Assembly (NCBI GenBank): GCA_043748075.1
Contig: JAYTNX010000090.1
Span: forward strand, 2,457-66,456
Reading direction: 5' to 3'
DNA from: Pseudomonadota bacterium
Lineage (GTDB): Bacteria > Pseudomonadota > Gammaproteobacteria > Steroidobacterales > Steroidobacteraceae
Length of the DNA stretch: 64,000 nucleotides
In this document: one piece after another, positions 7,643-13,483 of the stretch
Position numbering within the stretch: the stretch's first letter is position 1
Layout of the letters: each line of letters starts with the position of its first letter
The notes under the pieces: model-generated
Told to the model about the DNA's origin: nothing
The model's input: the letters and a program-made list of their open reading frames with translations, nothing else
The model's database searches: none
Program-made: the position numbers and the translations under genes

Positions 7643-8566
7643 ATGAACCCGCCGACCCCTGCCGCAGCGCCGCCGGAGCAGGGCGGTGCCGAGCGCGAGG
7701 GCGCGCGCCACGCGTGGTGGGTGCGCGCCGTCTCGGCGGTGCCGATGCCGCTGCTCTACGGGTTCGCAGGATTTCTCTCCTGGCTCGCGTACCGCATCCT
7801 TCCCTACCGACCCAAGGTCGTGCGGGAGAATCTGCAGATCGCGTTCCCGGAGCTCGACGAGCGCGACCTCCGCACCCGCATGCGCGAGTTCTACTCGAGC
7901 CATGCCGACGTGCTGGTCGAGATCGTCAAGAGCGCCACGATGGCTCGCGAAGAGTTGCTGCGCCGGGTCGAGGTGCGCGGCCTCGATCTCGTGCATGCGC
8001 GCCTCGCCACCGGCCGACCGGTGCTGCTGCTGGCCGCGCACCAATGCAACTGGGAGTGGATGCTGCTGGCGCTGTCGCTGTGTCTCGGCGCGCCGCTCGA
8101 TGCCGCCTACAAGCCGCTGGTGAATCCGTGGGCCGAGCGCGGCATGAACCTGCTGCGCACACGCTTCGGCGCGCGCATGGTGCCGGCATCGCAACTGCTG
8201 GTCGACATCCTGCGCCGGCGCAACCTGCCGCGTGCCATCGCGCTGGTTGCGGACCAGGAACCGGTCGCGAGCGAGTCTAAGCACTGGACGCGCTTCCTGA
8301 ATCGCGATTCGGCGTTTTTTCTGGGCGCCGAGGAGATTGCGCGCAAGACCGGCTACCCCGCGCTGTTCGTCGGCATGCAGCGCGTCGGTCGCGGCCGGTA
8401 CATCGTCGATTTCGCTCCGCTCGCCGAGGCGCGCGAGCCGCTGCCCCCGGGTGCATTCACCGAGCGGTATGCGCGGATGGTCGAAGCGCAGATCCGCCAG
8501 TCACCGCCCGACTGGCCCTGGTCGCACAAGCGCTGGCGGCTACGCAAGCCGCTGTACGGGGCCTGA
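7643..8566 (+). CDS. LpxL/HtrB-family (lysophospholipid / lipid A late) acyltransferase
   Basis: The hydrophobic N-terminus is 'WWVRAVSAVPMPLLYGFAGFLSWLAYRILPY'. The catalytic HX4(D/E) motif is 'AAHQCNWEW'. Length is 307 aa. Confidence 0.7.
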   Translation: MNPPTPAAAPPEQGGAEREGARHAWWVRAVSAVPMPLLYGFAGFLSWLAYRILPYRPKVVRENLQIAFPELDERDLRTRMREFYSSHADVLVEIVKSATMAREELLRRVEVRGLDLVHARLATGRPVLLLAAHQCNWEWMLLALSLCLGAPLDAAYKPLVNPWAERGMNLLRTRFGARMVPASQLLVDILRRRNLPRAIALVADQEPVASESKHWTRFLNRDSAFFLGAEEIARKTGYPALFVGMQRVGRGRYIVDFAPLAEAREPLPPGAFTERYARMVEAQIRQSPPDWPWSHKRWRLRKPLYGA

Positions 8567-10534
8567 AAGCCGCGCTTCGATCACGCGCGAGAGCGCCGAG
8601 ATCGTCGGATGGTCGAACAGTTCCGTCAGGTCTGTCTGCCCGGGGTAAGCGCGGTCCATTTCCTCGTGGAGCTCGATCAGCTTGAGGGACCCCGCGCCGA
8701 GCTCGAGCAGGTTGTCGTCCGGGCCTATCGCGCGGCCCGGGAACGCCGCGCGGCACAGCGCCGTCAGCCGCGCCTCGATGTCGCTGGCGGCGGGCGCCGA
8801 CGCGGCCACGGGCTCGGTGTGCAGCGCGCGCAGTTCGGCCCGCGCGGCGTCGAACTCGCCGTCGAGAAAGGCCTGTTCGAGCAGGTGTCGCTGGACCTTG
8901 CCACTGGTGGTCTTGGGTATGCGACCGACGGGAACGACCTCGGCGACCTCGAGGCCGGTGTGCTCGTTGATCAGCCGCGACAGCCGCGTCGCCAGCGGGG
9001 CGAAGTCGGCCATCGTGCCCCGGTGCAATGCGAACACGACGAGCTGGTCGGTGTCGGCGCCCGCCGGCCGCACTCCGCTGATCACCACCTTGCCGAGTTC
9101 CATGCCCTCCGTGCGGATCGCGATGCTCTCGAGGTCGTGCGGGTAATAGTTCTGGCCGTTGACGAAGATGATGTCTTTCGCCCGGCCGGTGATGAACAGG
9201 TCGCCGCTCTCCACGAGACCGAGGTCGCCGGTGCGCGTCCAGCCATCGGCGGTGCGCAGCGCGGCGGAAGCCTCGGGGTTGGCGAAATAGCCCGCGGTGA
9301 CGTTGCTGCCGCGGATCTGGATGTGCCCGAACCTTCCCTCGGGCAGCGGCGAGTCATCGTCTGCGGCGATGCGCGTTTCACAGTTCGGAATGGCGCGGCC
9401 GACCGCGACGAGGGTGAGGGCGTCGGTGTCGCTCCGCTGCAGCGCGCGCGCCGTGTCACCGACCTTCATCGAGTGGCGATCGAGCGGCAGCATCCGCAGC
9501 GGGCTCAATGGCTCGGGGAAACTGACGGCCACCGAGGCTTCGGCGAGGCCGTACACCGGGTACATGGCCGCGCGGCGCAGTTGCGCGGGACGCAGGCGAT
9601 CGAGGAACTCATCGCAGAGCGCGGCGCTGATCGGCTCGGCGCCGTTGAAGATGATGCGCACGGCCGAGAGGTCCAGGCCATCGACCGGCCGTTCGCCGAG
9701 CACTTTCAGGTAGTGTCGATAGCCGAAGTTCGGTGAGCACAGCACGGTGGCACGCTTGCGTGATGCCGCCTGCAGCCACAGCAGCGGCCGGCGCACGAAC
9801 AGGTCGGTCGGCATCTGCACGATCTGCATGCCCGCCGTCAGCATGAAGATGTGCAGCCCGATCAGCCCCATGTCGTGGGTCAACGGCATCCACGACAGCG
9901 ACACGTCGCGGTCGTGGAGCCTGCCGGCGCGGATCGCGCCTAGCGTGTTCGCGATCACGTTGCCGTGGGTGAGCACGACGCCCTTGGGGTCGCTGGTCGA
10001 GCCTGAGGAGTACTGGATGAACGCGACGTCCGACGGCGCCGCAACCTGCGCCCGCCCGGCGCGCGAGATGTCGTCCACCTGATCAGCAAGGAACACGCGC
10101 TCGCGCGGCACCGGGAAAGGTTCGCCGGCCGCGCGCGCCGCGCCGGGAGGCGCTTGCGCGGTGAACTGCGTGATGCGCTCGTAGGCCTTGCGGTCGGTGA
10201 CCAGGTATGGGTTGCCGAGCTGGCGCGCAATCCGCAGCAGTTTGCGGCGATGCTCGTCGCTGATGCCCACCGCGACCGGCACGGGCACGATACCGCCGAG
10301 GATCGCGGCCCAGAACGCGTCGACGAACTGCTCGTTGTTGTTGAGGAACAGAATCGCCCTGTCGCCGGCGCGCAGGCCGAGGGTCTGCAGGTGGTGCAGG
10401 ATGCCGAGCGCGCGCGCGTGCAGTTCGACGAACGGCACCACCCGTTCGCGGTCCTCGCCTTCGAGGTAGGTGATGGCGCGGTCGCGGGTGCGCAGCCCGT
10501 CGAACATCCCGGTCAGCGTGGTCGGTTCGCTCAT
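8540..10534 (-). CDS. Fatty-acyl-AMP/CoA ligase (adenylate-forming enzyme) fused to a C-terminal acyl carrier protein domain
   Basis: I trimmed ORF 8540..10540 to ATG 10534. AMP-binding motifs are 'IQYSSGSTSDPKGVVLTHGN' (A3), 'TGDLG' (A7-A8 region) and 'IPKTTSGKVQR' (A10). The C-terminal PP-binding region is '...DDNLLELGAGSLKLIELHEEM...ELFDHPTISALS'. Confidence 0.8.
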   Translation of the reverse strand: MSEPTTLTGMFDGLRTRDRAITYLEGEDRERVVPFVELHARALGILHHLQTLGLRAGDRAILFLNNNEQFVDAFWAAILGGIVPVPVAVGISDEHRRKLLRIARQLGNPYLVTDRKAYERITQFTAQAPPGAARAAGEPFPVPRERVFLADQVDDISRAGRAQVAAPSDVAFIQYSSGSTSDPKGVVLTHGNVIANTLGAIRAGRLHDRDVSLSWMPLTHDMGLIGLHIFMLTAGMQIVQMPTDLFVRRPLLWLQAASRKRATVLCSPNFGYRHYLKVLGERPVDGLDLSAVRIIFNGAEPISAALCDEFLDRLRPAQLRRAAMYPVYGLAEASVAVSFPEPLSPLRMLPLDRHSMKVGDTARALQRSDTDALTLVAVGRAIPNCETRIAADDDSPLPEGRFGHIQIRGSNVTAGYFANPEASAALRTADGWTRTGDLGLVESGDLFITGRAKDIIFVNGQNYYPHDLESIAIRTEGMELGKVVISGVRPAGADTDQLVVFALHRGTMADFAPLATRLSRLINEHTGLEVAEVVPVGRIPKTTSGKVQRHLLEQAFLDGEFDAARAELRALHTEPVAASAPAASDIEARLTALCRAAFPGRAIGPDDNLLELGAGSLKLIELHEEMDRAYPGQTDLTELFDHPTISALSRVIEARLSGPVQRLA

Positions 10535-10548
10535 TCGCACCGTACTTT

Positions 10549-10572
10549 ATCCCATCGTCCATCCCATCGTCG
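10549..10572. repeat. Tandem 12-bp direct repeat (ATCCCATCGTCC ATCCCATCGTCG) in the divergent promoter region
   Basis: Read directly from the sequence. It lies 15 nt from the ligase::ACP ATG (10534) and 80 nt from the GT2 ATG (10652). Confidence 0.8.
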
Positions 10573-10651
10573 CCGGCCGCGGGCGTCCTTGTTACCCGGG
10601 GTGCAATCGCGGACAATCCACTGTGACGACAACGTCCCCCTGGCGCAAAGC

Positions 10652-11392
10652 ATGACCGAATCCGATCCGGGGGCTACCCGCGTGACGCCCGAGATTTCGG
10701 TCGTGGTGCCGGTCTGCAACGAGGCCGAAAATGTCGGTCCGCTGGCGACGGAAATCGCGCTCGCACTCGCCGATCGCGAGTTCGAGATCCTGTTCGTCGA
10801 CGATGGCAGCACCGACGATACGGCTGCCGCGACGCGCGCCATTCGCGAGCGAGGCATCCCGCAATTGCGGCTCCTCCGTCACTCGTTTCGCAGCGGCCAG
10901 AGTGCCGCCGTGTGGTCCGGCGTACGCGAGGCACGCGCACCGTGGATCGCGACGCTCGATGGCGACGGCCAGAACGATCCGGCGGACATCCCGAAACTCG
11001 TGGCCGCGCGCGGCGACGCGTTGCTGGTGATGGGCAACCGCACCAGCCGGCGCGACACCTGGATGCGACGCCTGCAGTCGCGCATTGCCAATGGCGTGCG
11101 GGCTTCGTTGCTGGGCGACGGCACACCGGACACGGGCTGCGGCATCAAGCTGATGCATCGCGAAACCTTCCTGGCGCTGCCGCGGTTCGACCACATGCAC
11201 CGGTTCCTGCCGGCGCTGTTCCAGCGCGCCGGCGCGCGCGTCGTCTCGGTGCCGGTCAATCATCGCCCGCGCCAGCGTGGTCAGTCCAAGTACGGCCTGC
11301 TCGATCGGCTGTGGGTCGGCATCGTCGACATCTTTGGTGTCATGTGGCTGAAGCGCCGCTTCAAGCCCGGCCTCGCGGTGCGCGAGGAATAG
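10652..11392 (+). CDS. GT2 polyprenyl-phosphate sugar synthase (ArnC / DPM1-like)
   Basis: I trimmed ORF 10154..11392 to ATG 10652. GT-A motifs are 'ISVVVPVCNEAENV', 'FVDDGSTDDT' and 'ATLDGDGQNDP' (DXD). Two C-terminal hydrophobic helices are present ('LLDRLWVGIVDIFGVMWL'). Confidence 0.8.
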   Translation: MTESDPGATRVTPEISVVVPVCNEAENVGPLATEIALALADREFEILFVDDGSTDDTAAATRAIRERGIPQLRLLRHSFRSGQSAAVWSGVREARAPWIATLDGDGQNDPADIPKLVAARGDALLVMGNRTSRRDTWMRRLQSRIANGVRASLLGDGTPDTGCGIKLMHRETFLALPRFDHMHRFLPALFQRAGARVVSVPVNHRPRQRGQSKYGLLDRLWVGIVDIFGVMWLKRRFKPGLAVREE

Positions 11393-11420
11393 CCGTGCGC
11401 GAGTACTAGGAGACGCATTC

Positions 11421-11702
11421 ATGGGATCGACGGAAACCACGTTGTGGATCGTGATCGGATTCGCCGGGCAGGCGCTGTTCTCGGCCCGCTTCATCGTGCA
11501 ATGGCTGGCGAGCGAGCGTGCCCGGCGCAGCCTGATCCCGATGGCGTTCTGGTATTTCAGCCTGCTCGGCGGGGCCGTGCTGTTGTCCTACGCGATCCAC
11601 AAGCGCGATCCGGTCTTCATCGTCGGCCAGGCCGCGGGTCTGTTCGTCTACCTTCGCAACCTCTTCCTCATCCGCACCGGCCGGCAGAAGGTCGAGGCCT
11701 GA
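11421..11702 (+). CDS. Small membrane protein, lipid-A-disaccharide synthase N-terminal (LAB_N) domain family
   Basis: 93 aa with three predicted TM helices. 'LWIVIGFAGQALFSARFIVQWLASERARRS' is followed by a second related half, 'FWYFSLLGGAVLLSYAIHKRDPVFIVGQ'. The RBS is AGGAGA, 8 nt upstream. Confidence 0.65.
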   Translation: MGSTETTLWIVIGFAGQALFSARFIVQWLASERARRSLIPMAFWYFSLLGGAVLLSYAIHKRDPVFIVGQAAGLFVYLRNLFLIRTGRQKVEA

Positions 11703-11727
11703 GGGGCCGGGATCCGGGTCGCTGCCG

Positions 11728-13437
11728 ATGAAGGGCGAAGCGCACCGCGAGCATTGGCGCGACCTCGGCTGGATACTGCTCGCCGTGCTGCTGCTGATCG
11801 CGAGCGGTTACGGATTGAGAGACCCCTGGCCCGCCGACGAGCCGCGTTTCGCCGCGCTGGCGCGCGACATGGTGGCGAGCGGCAACTGGCTGTTTCCGCG
11901 AGTCGGCGGCGACCTCTACCAGGACAAGCCGCCGTTGTTCTTCTGGCTGTTGGCGGCGGCTCATGCCGCGATCGGTTCGGTACGCAGCTCGTTCCTGCTG
12001 CCGTCGATGCTGGCCGCGACGGGTACGTTGCTGCTCGTCTATTCGCTCGCGACCCGATTGCACGGCCGGCGTGCCGGTCTCGCGGCGGCGATCCTGCTGG
12101 CCTGCTGCACGCAGTTCGTGCTGACGATGCGCGGCGCGCAGATCGACCCGACGCTGCTGTTCTTCACCACTCTGTCGCTCTGGGGGTTCTGCCGCCACCT
12201 GCTGCTCGGTCCCGACTGGCGGGCGTATCTACTCGGCGGACTGGCGGCCGGCATCGGCGTCATCACCAAGGGCGTCGGCTTCCTGCCGTTGCTGTTGGTG
12301 CCCATCGGGATGGCGATGTCGCGAGGCCGATGGACGCTGGCGGCGATACCCGCGGGCGGTTGGCGATGGTGGCTCGCACCGGTGGGGTTCCTGCTCGCCA
12401 TCGGTGCCTGGCTCGTGCCGATGCTGATCGCGGTCGCGCTCAGCGGGGCACCGGATCTGGTTGCCTATCGCAACGAGATCCTGTTCCAGCAGACCGTGCA
12501 ACGCTACGCGGCCGCGTGGCATCACGTCAGGCCGTGGTGGTACTTCCTCGTCGAGGTCGTCCCGGCCTTGTGGCTGCCGTTGAGCGCGCTGCTGTTCTGG
12601 CTGGTACCACGCTGGCGACGCGACCTCGCAGCACGCCGAGGGGACGTCTGGCTGCCGCTGTTCTGGGTGGCGATCGTGCTGTTGTTCTTCTCGTTGAGCC
12701 CCGGCAAACGCGGCGTCTACATTCTCCCCGCGCTGCCGGCACTGGCGATCGCTGCCGCCGCGCACCTGGACGAACTGCTGATGCGGCGCGGCGTGGCGCG
12801 CCTGAGTCTCGCGCTCGCCGCACTGCTGGCACTCCCGGGCCTGTTGCTGGCGCTGGGGCATCTGGCGGGGCAGCCGAAGGTGGCGGCGCTGCTGGCGGAC
12901 GCCGGGCTGCAGTCGATGCGGCCGGTGCTGGCGTTCGGCTTCGCGGCGCCCCTGCTGTGGCTCGCCGCGGCGCGCTTCGCACCGGTGCTCGCCTGGCCAG
13001 TCGTGCTCGCGGCTCTCGCCAGCTGCTGGGGAGTCGGAGTCGCGCCGCAGATCAACCCGCAGCGTTCGGCTGCGGCGTTCATCAGAGGCGTGCTCGAGAA
13101 GGTGCCGCCGGAGCGCGAACTGGGGCTCGTCGCCTACAAGGAACAGTTCCTGCTCGCCCTGGATCGCGACTCGTTCAACTTCGGCCACAGTCGCTGGCGC
13201 GAGGGCCCGCAGGAGACTTACGACGCGGCCACCTGGCTCGCGGCGGAGCCGGCGGGACGAGTCTTGCTGGTGCCGGAGGCCCTGCTGTCGCCGTGTTTCA
13301 CCGCTGCCGCGCGCAGGGAGGCGGGGCGGAGTTCGCGCGAGACCTGGTGGCTGGTATCGGGTTTGCCCGCCGCGGATTGCGTGGCCAAGGGGCAGCCCGG
13401 ACGGGCAATTCCGTATCCCGCGCACCCGATCGGATGA
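11728..13437 (+). CDS. ArnT/PMT-like GT-C glycosyltransferase (GT39/GT83 type); polytopic membrane protein
   Basis: The N-terminal loop 'RDPWPADEPRFAALARDMVASGNWLFPRVGGDLYQDKPPLFFWLL' is typical of ArnT-like enzymes (D/E-x-D/E in loop 1, YxDKPPL). More than 10 hydrophobic helices follow, then a soluble C-terminal domain. Confidence 0.8.
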   Translation: MKGEAHREHWRDLGWILLAVLLLIASGYGLRDPWPADEPRFAALARDMVASGNWLFPRVGGDLYQDKPPLFFWLLAAAHAAIGSVRSSFLLPSMLAATGTLLLVYSLATRLHGRRAGLAAAILLACCTQFVLTMRGAQIDPTLLFFTTLSLWGFCRHLLLGPDWRAYLLGGLAAGIGVITKGVGFLPLLLVPIGMAMSRGRWTLAAIPAGGWRWWLAPVGFLLAIGAWLVPMLIAVALSGAPDLVAYRNEILFQQTVQRYAAAWHHVRPWWYFLVEVVPALWLPLSALLFWLVPRWRRDLAARRGDVWLPLFWVAIVLLFFSLSPGKRGVYILPALPALAIAAAAHLDELLMRRGVARLSLALAALLALPGLLLALGHLAGQPKVAALLADAGLQSMRPVLAFGFAAPLLWLAAARFAPVLAWPVVLAALASCWGVGVAPQINPQRSAAAFIRGVLEKVPPERELGLVAYKEQFLLALDRDSFNFGHSRWREGPQETYDAATWLAAEPAGRVLLVPEALLSPCFTAAARREAGRSSRETWWLVSGLPAADCVAKGQPGRAIPYPAHPIG

Positions 13438-13444
13438 GCGCGAT

Positions 13445-13464
13445 CTGTCTTTACCAACAGACAG
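13445..13464 (+). terminator. Weak hairpin after the GT39 gene (CTGTCT-N8-AGACAG) followed by a T-rich tract
   Basis: A 6-bp stem with an 8-nt loop, then 'ttagcttgtctttctc'. It lies 8 nt after the stop at 13437 and 20 nt before the next start. Confidence 0.25.
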
Positions 13465-13483
13465 TTAGCTTGTCTTTCTCGAC

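Noticed and set aside
7547-13437. The idea that the lipid-modification cluster is a genomic island integrated at tRNA-Thr.
   Set aside because: I found no integrase, recombinase or mobility gene, and no repeat of the tRNA 3' end downstream when scanning the intergenic regions at 13438-13483 and 16214-16241. Composition does not look obviously different by eye. I cannot exclude an ancient island without a computed GC/codon analysis.
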